From contig DATANV010000015.1 of NCBI GenBank assembly GCA_036266075.1, positions 52,686 to 116,685 on the forward strand: 64,000 nucleotides of DNA, written 5' to 3'. The first letter of the stretch is position 1. Each line of letters starts with the position of its first letter. Source of the stretch: Solirubrobacterales bacterium. GTDB taxonomy: Bacteria; Actinomycetota; Thermoleophilia; Solirubrobacterales; 70-9. This document shows, piece after piece, positions 16,424 to 24,307 of this stretch. The notes under the pieces were generated by a model that was given only the letters and a program-made list of their open reading frames with translations, was not told the DNA's origin and searched no databases. The translations under genes were made by a program, and so were the position numbers.

Positions 16424-17775
16424 CGACTTGGTCCAGCGCTGATGACCACGGTGACCTTGCCGCCTTCCTTCAGCCCCTTGCCTGCCCTGGGCTTTTGGGC
16501 GATCACCTTGCCCTTCGGCACTTTCCGCGAGTGGCGGCGCTTCACTTTCCGCAGCCCGCAGTTGCGCTTGTCGAGGGCTTTCCTTGCCGCCCTGAGCTTC
16601 TTGCCCTCGAGTTTCGGCACCCGGCAGCCGACCGTCTTCGCTTTGAGGGCGGTCGCCACGATCGGTTCCGCCAGGCCGCTGATCTTCACCGTCGCCCCGC
16701 CGATGCCGGCGGCGATCGTTTCGATCGTCAACGGGCTGCGGAAGTCGTGGAACTGGCGCCCCGGGGCGAGCGGCGCGTCGCCGAAGGTGCCCGTCTCCGG
16801 GTTCGTGTCGAGCAGCCGTGAGGGGCGCACGCCGATTCCCCAGCCGGCCGGGTCGAGATGGATAGCGACGCCGTGCACGGCGGGATCGTCGGCGGGATAG
16901 GTTTCGTCGAAGAAGCCGATTCGCTGGCGGAAATCGAGGTCGAGGAACTCGCCGGCCCCGTTCGGGATCCGCAGCAGGCGGACGCCGCTGCTCTGCTCGA
17001 GCGGGACGATCGTGTAGGTGCCGTTGCGGGCGATCGTCGCTGTGTCTGCCGGTGGGATCGCGCCGAGCTCGAACTTGCGCCAGGCCGACATCTCGACCGG
17101 CGGCGACAGCGGGCGGCCGCTGCCCATAGGGTCGAATGGGTCGCCGTACTCGCTGAATTCTTCTCCGGGCGGCCGCACTTCGGCGCACTCGCCGCTGTAG
17201 GCGACCGGCACGTGGCCGGGGCCGAGGCAGCGGTAGGCCGCCGCGTGGGGCGAGCCGAGGACGTGGCCCAGCTCGTGGGCGATCGTGAAGGGTTCGAGGT
17301 TGTTGACCCAGGCCATTTCGCCGCCGCCGATCCCGGATGAGCTGCAGGGGTTCGCCGGGCCCTCGTGCACGAAGATGTAGATGACCTGGCTGTAGTCGGA
17401 TCTGTTGAAGCCATCCTGCGCCGTCGCTTTGCCGGCAGCTTCGGCGTTCCAGGTGTTGAACGGACAGCCGGAGGACGTCGCGACTTCGTAGGGCCCGAAG
17501 ACCGAACCCCCGTCGCCGCTGAAGTCGACGCTGCCGAAGGTCTGGGTGAGGAAGTAGTTCTCGACCGTGAAGCCCCCGGGCGGGTGCCCCGGGTTGAACA
17601 TCGTTTCGGTCACTTCCTGCTCATAGCTGCTCGGCGGCGGGGGGTCGCCTGCCCTGAAGTAGAAGACGACGCCGGTCGGACCGCCACCCGCGGCGCTCAC
17701 CGGGACCGGCGCCGCCACGAGGCCGCAGAGAAGGCTCGCGAAGAGCGCGAGAACGATCCGTCCCGGGAACCCCAT
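16387..17775 (-). CDS. Secreted metzincin-type zinc metalloprotease with C-terminal PASTA-like domain
   Basis: The ATG at 17775 gives MGFPGRIVLALFASLLCGLVAAPVPVSAA. Zinc site HELGHVLGSPH (HExxHxxGxxH). C-terminus VPKLEGKKLRAARKALDKRNCGLRKV...KGKVIAQKPRAGKGLKEGGKVTVVIS matches the PASTA pattern. Confidence 0.75.
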   Translation of the reverse strand: MGFPGRIVLALFASLLCGLVAAPVPVSAAGGGPTGVVFYFRAGDPPPPSSYEQEVTETMFNPGHPPGGFTVENYFLTQTFGSVDFSGDGGSVFGPYEVATSSGCPFNTWNAEAAGKATAQDGFNRSDYSQVIYIFVHEGPANPCSSSGIGGGEMAWVNNLEPFTIAHELGHVLGSPHAAAYRCLGPGHVPVAYSGECAEVRPPGEEFSEYGDPFDPMGSGRPLSPPVEMSAWRKFELGAIPPADTATIARNGTYTIVPLEQSSGVRLLRIPNGAGEFLDLDFRQRIGFFDETYPADDPAVHGVAIHLDPAGWGIGVRPSRLLDTNPETGTFGDAPLAPGRQFHDFRSPLTIETIAAGIGGATVKISGLAEPIVATALKAKTVGCRVPKLEGKKLRAARKALDKRNCGLRKVKRRHSRKVPKGKVIAQKPRAGKGLKEGGKVTVVISAGPSRQRSRSTRSTAA

Positions 17776-17912
17776 CCAAGAGAACCCTAAGGCCCGCGGC
17801 GGGCAAGGCCTCTCGCCGGAATGCGCCCGGTTCGCGGCAGCTTTTGGGGGTCCATAGCGCACCAAGTCCTGCCACCAAACCCCCTCGAAGTCGATTGGTA
17901 GCGGTCTGGCGC

Positions 17913-19484
17913 TCAGCAGCGGCGGTAGAGGACCCAGGAGTCGTTGCCGGCCACGCGGTCGAAGCCGGGGGGGACGGCGGTGTCGAAGCGGGTGGGGTCG
18001 TTGGGGTCGAGGATGAAGTTGTGGATCACGAACGGGCTTGCCGGGTCGAGGAAGTAGCCCCGCGCTGCCGCACGCTGCTCGGAGGAGCTGACGATGCGGC
18101 TGGGGCGGACGTCGAGGTAGAAGGCGAGCCGGGGGACGGCGCGGTGGTTGGGGGCCGAGATCGGGCTGCAGAGCGGTTCGAAGGCGCCGGAGGTGGCGAG
18201 GTCGCTGAGGTCGCGCTCGATGCTGCCCTGGTTCGAGAGATCGCGGTGGACGGTCGAGTCGAGATCCCACTGGTTGGGCAGCCAGAGGACGAACATCAGG
18301 GCGACGATGCCGGCGAAGGCCTGCCAGCGGCGCCGCCAGGGATGGTCGCGCTCCAGCAGGCGCCAACCGAGCAGGGCGAGCGCCGCGAAGATCGCCAACA
18401 CGGCGGCGGCGAGCATCGTGTAGCGGGCGATGATCGCCAGCCCGGCGCCGCCGAGCAGGGCAAATGCGCCGATCGACAGCGCCGCCGCGGCAAGGCCGAG
18501 GGTCGAGCGGCGGCGCAGGAAGGCGAAGCCGAGTGCGGCGCCGCCGGCCCCGCCGACCATTCCCGGCCACTGCAGCACTTCGCCCAGCGCCCGCGGCCCA
18601 TAGAGCACGAGGTCGATCGGGCCGGTGTGGCGGGCCAGCGTGTCGACCGTTTCGCGCGTGCCGGTGAAGGAGTAGGTGGGGCTGCCGGCGGTGATCCAGT
18701 CGAACAGCGCCCAGAGGAGTGGGGCGGCGAGGGCAAGCGCCACTAGGGCGATGCCGTTGGGGGAGACGAGGGTGCCCCTCGCGCGGACAATCGCCGGCCT
18801 AATGAGGCCGGCGATTTGAGTATCCGCCCGCGCGAGGGGCACCCTCGTCCCCCCTCCGGGACCGTCTCGGCGGGGCGGGCCTGCGGGGTCGGCGGCCCTG
18901 TCTGGGGGGGCGGAAGCTTTGGTGGGGGCGAGCAGCAGATAGCTGAGGTAAGCGAGGGAGAAGAGCCAGGCCTCGGGGCGGAGGAGGCCGGCTAGTGCGA
19001 GCAGGACGAGCACGGGCCAGCCGGCGCGGGGGCGTTTCGTCTCCATGAGGAGCGCCCCGAGGACGAGGGCGATGTAGGGGAGATCGACGTAGGCGCGCAG
19101 GCCGTTGGAGAGGTAGGGGGCCCTGGTGAGGACGATCAACGCGGCGACGGCGCCGATCGGCCGGTCGAACCAGAGTGCTCCCAGCCGGTAGACGAGGTAG
19201 GCGATGAGGCCCAGCGAGGCGTAGGCGATTGCCATCGTCACGCCAACAGCTCCGTCGCCGAGCGGCGTCGTCACCAGACCCAGCAGGTCGGCCAGCGGGT
19301 GCGGAGTAGGGGGCAGCGCCGCGCCGTAATCGGGGCTCATGCCGTGGGCCAGTTCCCGCCCCCAGACGAGTGCGTAGATCGTGTCGTAGTTGGGAAAGCC
19401 GAGCGGAAAGACGAGCAGCAGCGTCGCTGCCACCGCGGCGATCCAGGCGAGTGGCGTCAGCCAGTTGCGCAGCTCCAATGGCAC
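17913..19484 (-). CDS. Polytopic membrane protein, GT-C-like glycosyltransferase candidate
   Basis: More than 10 predicted TM segments. An N-terminal loop with acidic residues (NYDTIYALVWGRE) resembles PMT/ArnT-type enzymes. The family assignment is tentative. Confidence 0.55.
   Translation of the reverse strand: MPLELRNWLTPLAWIAAVAATLLLVFPLGFPNYDTIYALVWGRELAHGMSPDYGAALPPTPHPLADLLGLVTTPLGDGAVGVTMAIAYASLGLIAYLVYRLGALWFDRPIGAVAALIVLTRAPYLSNGLRAYVDLPYIALVLGALLMETKRPRAGWPVLVLLALAGLLRPEAWLFSLAYLSYLLLAPTKASAPPDRAADPAGPPRRDGPGGGTRVPLARADTQIAGLIRPAIVRARGTLVSPNGIALVALALAAPLLWALFDWITAGSPTYSFTGTRETVDTLARHTGPIDLVLYGPRALGEVLQWPGMVGGAGGAALGFAFLRRRSTLGLAAAALSIGAFALLGGAGLAIIARYTMLAAAVLAIFAALALLGWRLLERDHPWRRRWQAFAGIVALMFVLWLPNQWDLDSTVHRDLSNQGSIERDLSDLATSGAFEPLCSPISAPNHRAVPRLAFYLDVRPSRIVSSSEQRAAARGYFLDPASPFVIHNFILDPNDPTRFDTAVPPGFDRVAGNDSWVLYRRC
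18765..18849. repeat. 85-bp nested palindromic element inside the membrane-protein ORF
   Basis: Outer perfect 22-bp arms GACGAGGGTGCCCCTCGCGCGG (18765-18786) / CCGCGCGAGGGGCACCCTCGTC (18828-18849). Inner perfect 12-bp hairpin AATCGCCGGCCT-AATG-AGGCCGGCGATT (18789-18816). Confidence 0.9.
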
Positions 19485-19568
19485 CGGCGCACGGTATCCG
19501 GAGGCAAGGCGCCTTAGTCGCCCTATGGACCGAAAAGGCGCCTACTCGGCGCAGATACACTGGCTGCG

Positions 19569-21257
19569 GTGCCGCCGTCCAGCGACTCGACCTCTCTATA
19601 CCGCCGCCATCGCCCGGGATCCTTCGACGAGGTGGTCGGCCAGCAGCACGTGGTCCGCACGCTGCGCAACGCGGTCGAGCAGGGCAAGGTCCACCACGCT
19701 TACCTTTTCGTCGGCTCGCGCGGGACCGGCAAGACCTCGATGGCAAAGATCCTCGCCCGCTCGCTCAACTGCGAGCGCGGCGGGCCCACCGTCACCCCCT
19801 GCGGCGAGTGCGAGTCCTGCCTGACGATCGCCGCCGGCACCTCGATGGACGTGATCGAGATGGACGCCGCCTCCAATCGCTCGGTCGACGACGTTCGCGA
19901 CCTGCGCGAGCGGGTCGCCTACGCCCCGGCCGGCGGCCACTGGAAGGTCTACATCCTCGACGAGGCGCACATGCTGACCAAAGAGGCGTGGAACGCCTTC
20001 CTCAAGACCCTCGAGGAGCCACCGCCCAACACGGTCTTCGTCCTCGCCACCACCGAGTCGCACAAGGTGATGGCGACGATCGCCGATCGCTGCCAGCGCT
20101 TCGACTTCCAGCGCCCCTCCCTCGAGCAGATCTCCGAGGTCCTGCAGCGCGTCGCCGCCGCGGAGGAGATCGAGATCGAGGACGGTGCGATCTCGCTGAT
20201 CGCCCGCTCCGCATCCGGCAGCTTCCGCGACGCCCTCGGCACCCTCGACCAGCTCGTTTCCTTCGGTGGGGCCGACTCCGGCGAGGCCCGGATCGGCGTC
20301 GACGCCGTGATCGACCTGCTCGGAGCCGCTGACGCCGACCTGCTCTTCGACGCCGTCGACGCGGTCGCCGCCGAAGACCCCAAGACCGTTCTCCTCAAGG
20401 TCGATGAGATGTCCCGCTCCGGCCGCGACCCGACCCAGTTCGCCCGCGACCTCCTCGCCCACCTCCGCCACCTGCTGGTCACGCAGACCGTCGGCGAGGC
20501 TCCCACTAGCTTCGTCATCACCGCCACCGACGCCGGCCGGCTCACCGCCCAAGCAACCGCGCTCGGCGCCGCAACCCTCGTCCGCACCATCGACGAGCTT
20601 TCCGCAGCCCTGACCGCCGTCCGCGAGGGCGACGACGCCCGCATGGCGGTAGAGATCGCCCTGCTGAAAGCAGCCCGCCCCGACCTCGACCCCTCGACCG
20701 AGGGCCTCCTCCGCCGCATCGAGCGACTAGAGCAGGGTTCTGGACAGCCGGCCAAGGCCCCGATCCCCGCCTCAGCTTCCCCCGTAGCGACGGAGCCTGC
20801 TTCGCCCGACCCGGAGGAGCGCGCAGCCCAAGCAGAGCCCCCCTCTCCATCCTCGACAGGCCCCGCGGCCCAAGCGCCTGCGGATCTGGACCTCGAGCAG
20901 GTTGTGCGCGTCTGGCCCGCCGTGCTCGATCAGTTGATGCAATCCGCTCCGGCTCTCGCCGCTTCGTTCGACGGCGCCCGTCCGATTGCGGTCGACGCCG
21001 GCGAGAAGACCGTGACTGTCGGCTTTCCAGCCGACCACACCTTCAACAAGCGCAAGGCCGAGGTGCCCGACAAGCGGGAGCAGCTCGCGGCGGCGCTCGA
21101 GACCGTGCTCGGCCAGAGGCTGGCGCCGGTCTACGAGGTGCTGGACGGCGAGGTCGGGCCTGAGGCAGAGGGCGCGGGCGAGAGCGGGAAGGACGTCGAT
21201 GCCGCATCCTTGGTGGAGCGGATCAAAAGCGAGTTCGACGCTGAGGAGGTCGGTTAG
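19569..21257 (+). CDS. dnaX: DNA polymerase III subunits gamma/tau
   Basis: YRRHRP..F.EVVGQQHVV..L, GSRGTGKTS, and the zinc module CGECESC. Confidence 0.93.
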   Translation: MPPSSDSTSLYRRHRPGSFDEVVGQQHVVRTLRNAVEQGKVHHAYLFVGSRGTGKTSMAKILARSLNCERGGPTVTPCGECESCLTIAAGTSMDVIEMDAASNRSVDDVRDLRERVAYAPAGGHWKVYILDEAHMLTKEAWNAFLKTLEEPPPNTVFVLATTESHKVMATIADRCQRFDFQRPSLEQISEVLQRVAAAEEIEIEDGAISLIARSASGSFRDALGTLDQLVSFGGADSGEARIGVDAVIDLLGAADADLLFDAVDAVAAEDPKTVLLKVDEMSRSGRDPTQFARDLLAHLRHLLVTQTVGEAPTSFVITATDAGRLTAQATALGAATLVRTIDELSAALTAVREGDDARMAVEIALLKAARPDLDPSTEGLLRRIERLEQGSGQPAKAPIPASASPVATEPASPDPEERAAQAEPPSPSSTGPAAQAPADLDLEQVVRVWPAVLDQLMQSAPALAASFDGARPIAVDAGEKTVTVGFPADHTFNKRKAEVPDKREQLAAALETVLGQRLAPVYEVLDGEVGPEAEGAGESGKDVDAASLVERIKSEFDAEEVG

Positions 21258-21587
21258 GTGGCTAGAGGCGGGCCCGGGGGCTTCGACGTGAACGCCCTGA
21301 TGAAACAGGCACAGCAGATGCAGCAACAGATGGAGCAGGCCCAGGAGCAGCTGAAGGACGAAGTCGTAGAGGCAAGCGCCGGTGGCGGCATGGTCAAGGT
21401 GAAGATGGGTGGCGACCTGACCCTGCGCGAGATCGTCATCGACCCCGAGGCGGTTGATCCGGAGGAGGCGGAGATCCTGGCCGACATGGTCCAGGCCGCG
21501 GTCAACGAGGCGCTGCGCGCCGCCCAGGACTTGGCCGGCTCGAAGATGGGCGGGATCACCGGCGGTCTCGGCCTCCCCGGACTCTGA
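21258..21587 (+). CDS. ybaB: Nucleoid-associated protein YbaB/EbfC
   Basis: MKQAQQMQQQMEQAQEQL...GGGMVKV. Sits in the conserved dnaX-ybaB-recR order. Confidence 0.9.
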   Translation: MARGGPGGFDVNALMKQAQQMQQQMEQAQEQLKDEVVEASAGGGMVKVKMGGDLTLREIVIDPEAVDPEEAEILADMVQAAVNEALRAAQDLAGSKMGGITGGLGLPGL

Positions 21588-21652
21588 GCGGTGCGGAGGA
21601 AGCGTGCATATCTGACTCTTCGCGACCGGAGCACCGGCGAAGTCCGGTTGCC

Positions 21653-22255
21653 ATGAGCGGCGAGGGCCCGGCCCCGCTCTCCCGCCTCGTCGCAGAGCTG
21701 TCGCGGCTGCCGGGGATCGGCCAGCGGACCGCGCAGCGACTCGCCTTCCATATCCTGCGGGCACCGGACGAAGAGGCGGATGCGCTGGCGACGGCGATCC
21801 GCGAGGTCAAGGAGAAGGTCGGCCTCTGCGAGCGGTGCTTCAACCTCGCCGAGGGTCCGCTCTGCCGGATCTGCTCGGACCCCAATCGCGACCAGGCGAC
21901 GATCTGCGTGGTCGAGGAGCCGGCTGACGTGATCCCGATCGAGCGCACGCACGAGTACCGCGGCCTTTACCACGTGCTGGGCGGTGCGCTCTCGCCGATC
22001 GACGGGATCGACGCCGGCGACATCAAGGTTGCCGAGCTCTTGCAGCGGGTCGAGGCGGGTGGCGTGCGCGAGGTCGTGCTCGCCACCAACCCGACCACCA
22101 CCGGCGAGGCGACGGCCCTGCACATCGCCGAGCTGCTACGCGGCAAGGCGGCGGTCACGCGCCTCGCCAGCGGGCTGCCGATCGGCGCCGACCTCGAGCA
22201 CGCCGACGAGGTCACCCTGGGTAAGGCGCTGACCGGCCGGCGCGCGCTGGACTGA
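21653..22255 (+). CDS. recR: Recombination protein RecR
   Basis: LPGIGQRTAQRLAFH, zinc finger C..C...C..C, and the Toprim segment ICVVEEPADV. Confidence 0.93.
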   Translation: MSGEGPAPLSRLVAELSRLPGIGQRTAQRLAFHILRAPDEEADALATAIREVKEKVGLCERCFNLAEGPLCRICSDPNRDQATICVVEEPADVIPIERTHEYRGLYHVLGGALSPIDGIDAGDIKVAELLQRVEAGGVREVVLATNPTTTGEATALHIAELLRGKAAVTRLASGLPIGADLEHADEVTLGKALTGRRALD

Positions 22256-22334
22256 TTCGAGCGTGCGGCGACGCTGGGCGGCGTTCCGCGCTGGCCGATG
22301 CCCCGAACTGGACATTTGGACTGGACGTCTCTGG

Positions 22335-22356
22335 ACCCGCAATTTGCGGGTTTTTG
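22335..22356 (+). terminator. Rho-independent terminator after recR
   Basis: ACCCGCAA-TT-TGCGGGT followed by TTTTTG. Confidence 0.7.
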
Positions 22357-22393
22357 ACTCACTGGCGTCCGGTCCCTCCGCGAAGGTCTGAGG

Positions 22394-23113
22394 GTGGCGA
22401 CGGGCGTTCCGATAGATACCGGCGCGGACGGGAGCTCGGCGGGCAAGCTCGCTCGCGAGGTCTCTGCGCTGCAGGCGGCCCTGCTCGGCAGGCTGCATGA
22501 CGAGCTTTCCGACGGCGACGCCGCCTTCGCTGCCGCTGCGCAGAAGCTGGCCGAGGAGTTCGGCGCGGTGACCGCGACCGCGATCGGCACGCTCTGGCCA
22601 ACCGATGCGCCGGTCGCCCCTGCCGATCCCGAGGACGGCCATCCCAGCCTCTACCGCCCGGGCCAGATGCGACGTCGCCTCGACCAGCTGCTGGAGGCGA
22701 GCCGCCGCTACGGCCATCCCTTCGCCCTTGTCGTCTTCGACGTGGACGGGCCGGGGGCGCGCAACGGCGACGGGGACGGGGATCGCGCCACCGCTCTGGC
22801 GGTCGTCGGTGCGGCGCTCTCCGAAAGCGTGCGATTGCTCGACGAGACCTTCCGCCTCGAGGAGGACGCCCTCTGCGTGCTGGCTCCCAATCAGGACACG
22901 GTCGGCGGCGTGCAGATGGCCGAGCGGCTGCTATGCCAGCTCGACGAGCTCGAAGCTGCGGGGGGTCTGCGGATCGGGATCACCGCCGGAGTCGTCGCCT
23001 GCCCGGACCACGGCAGCGACGCTGAGGCGCTGCTGCACAAGGCCGACGAGGCGATGTGGCGCGCCCGTGCCGTGGGCCAGCCGGTCGGGATCGGCGCCTT
23101 GCAAGATCGCTGA
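22394..23113 (+). CDS. GGDEF-domain protein with degenerate active site
   Basis: Has the GGDEF fold (FALVVFDVDG...ITAGVV...LLHKADEAMWRAR), but the signature position reads RLEEDAL instead of GGDEF/GGEEF. Confidence 0.7.
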   Translation: MATGVPIDTGADGSSAGKLAREVSALQAALLGRLHDELSDGDAAFAAAAQKLAEEFGAVTATAIGTLWPTDAPVAPADPEDGHPSLYRPGQMRRRLDQLLEASRRYGHPFALVVFDVDGPGARNGDGDGDRATALAVVGAALSESVRLLDETFRLEEDALCVLAPNQDTVGGVQMAERLLCQLDELEAAGGLRIGITAGVVACPDHGSDAEALLHKADEAMWRARAVGQPVGIGALQDR

Positions 23114-23167
23114 CAGATTCCCGAAATCTGTCCATAACCGGTGTAAACCTCGAATACGGCTGCCAGA

Positions 23168-24016
23168 ATGCTGCGCATGCCGGGGATCCGAACCAACGCC
23201 GCCGCAGAAGTTCTGGGGGTCAGCCCCAACACGCTGCGCAGCTGGGAGCGCCGTTACGGCTTCCCAGTGCCGAAGCGCACGCCCGGCAACCACCGCAACT
23301 ACGAGCTGGTCGAGCTGCAGACGCTGCGCGACGCCCTCGCCGAGACCGGCAACATCTCCTCGGCGATCGAGCTGGCGCGCCAGCGCCAGGCGGCACCGGC
23401 CAGCGGCGGCGGCCTGCTCTTCGCCTTCGAGGCCTTCGACGAGGACGCCGCCGACCGCGTCGTCGAGGAGAGCCTGGCGCTGCGTCCGCTGGAGCGCACG
23501 GTCGAGGAGATGCTGCTGCCGGCGGTCGACCGGCTCGCCGGCGCCCCCGACCGCGAGGCCGAGTTGGAGTTCGCCGCCCGCTGGGCGACCGGGTGGCTGC
23601 ACGGCGCCCGCCGCCTTGCCTCCACCGCCTCGCGCCCGGCCGGCATCCTGCTGCTCGACGCGAGCCGCGGCGCGGCCGCCGAGGAGGTCCACGCGCAGGC
23701 GCTCGACCTCGCTCTGCGCCGTGCCGGCTTCCGAGTCCTGATGCTTTCCGACGGGCTGGGGGAGGAGCGGATGGAGCGCGCGCTGCGCGCCCTCGACCCG
23801 ACCGCGATCGTCCTCTGCGGTCCCGGCGCCGACACCCCGACCGCAGTCCAGCTCGTCCGCAAGATCCGCGAGGCGGGCTTCGACGCGCCGCTCTTCGGCT
23901 TCCGCGCCAGCGGCCTGATCGGCGACGCGATTCCCAGCGCCGGCGAGCGTCCCAGCCAGGTCACCGGAATGCTCAACGCGGACCTCCGCCGCCGCGCCTC
24001 CCAGGCCTTCGCCTAG
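23168..24016 (+). CDS. MerR-family regulator with B12-binding-like C-terminal domain (LitR/CarH-like)
   Basis: N-terminal HTH AAEVLGVSPNTLRSWERRYGFPVPKRTPGNHRNY. C-terminal Rossmann-like segment ILLLDASRGAAAEEVHAQALDLALRRAGFRVLMLS...AIVLCG. Confidence 0.65.
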   Translation: MLRMPGIRTNAAAEVLGVSPNTLRSWERRYGFPVPKRTPGNHRNYELVELQTLRDALAETGNISSAIELARQRQAAPASGGGLLFAFEAFDEDAADRVVEESLALRPLERTVEEMLLPAVDRLAGAPDREAELEFAARWATGWLHGARRLASTASRPAGILLLDASRGAAAEEVHAQALDLALRRAGFRVLMLSDGLGEERMERALRALDPTAIVLCGPGADTPTAVQLVRKIREAGFDAPLFGFRASGLIGDAIPSAGERPSQVTGMLNADLRRRASQAFA

Positions 24017-24066
24017 CCGCCGCCTCTCCCCAAGCCGCCCGTGAGGCCTCGCCCCTTCGCGCCGAC

Positions 24067-24119
24067 GGGACGCGCCGGTAGTTAACCACCATATGGGTAG
24101 TTAACTACCGGCGCGTCCC
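24067..24119. repeat. 53-nt palindrome (20-bp perfect arms) in the MerR / PstS-like intergenic region
   Basis: GGGACGCGCCGGTAGTTAAC (24067-24086) / GTTAACTACCGGCGCGTCCC (24100-24119), with loop CACCATATGGGTA. Confidence 0.9.
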
Positions 24120-24157
24120 GCCCGTGGCGGGTCTCGGATGGCCGCTTTCGCTCCCAC

Positions 24158-24256
24158 GTAACCGTTCTGTCACCAAACGGCAACGATCCGGTGACACCGT
24201 GGATATGGCCATGTAACAGGCTCGTAGAAGTTCCGTGAACCGGCTTGACAGAGCCG
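24158..24256 (+). promoter_or_regulatory. Array of 11-nt phased direct repeats (GTnACn), PHO-box-like, with TTGACA at 24245-24250
   Basis: Consecutive 11-mers: GTAACCGTTCT, GTCACCAAACG, GCAACGATCCG, GTGACACCGTG, GATATGGCCAT, GTAACAGGCTC, GTAGAAGTTCC, GTGAACCGGCT, TGACAGAGCCG. The array ends ~50 nt upstream of the ATG at 24308. Confidence 0.55.
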
Positions 24257-24307
24257 TATTCCGCCTAGAACGCTGCCGCCGCAACCACGGTTCAGTCAAG
24301 AAAGGAA

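Noticed and set aside
17913-19484. Splitting the 523-codon membrane ORF into two genes, with the 85-bp palindrome acting as an intergenic terminator.
   Set aside because: Both flanks are in the same reading frame, there is no stop codon and no U-tract, and the combined TM topology resembles single GT-C-type proteins. This cannot be fully excluded without transcript data, so it is kept as an alternative in the finding.
19569-21257. Programmed frameshift or transcriptional slippage site in dnaX (A-rich heptamer or poly-A tract) giving a short gamma subunit.
   Set aside because: No A AAA AAG-like slippery sequence or long A-run is visible in the gene.
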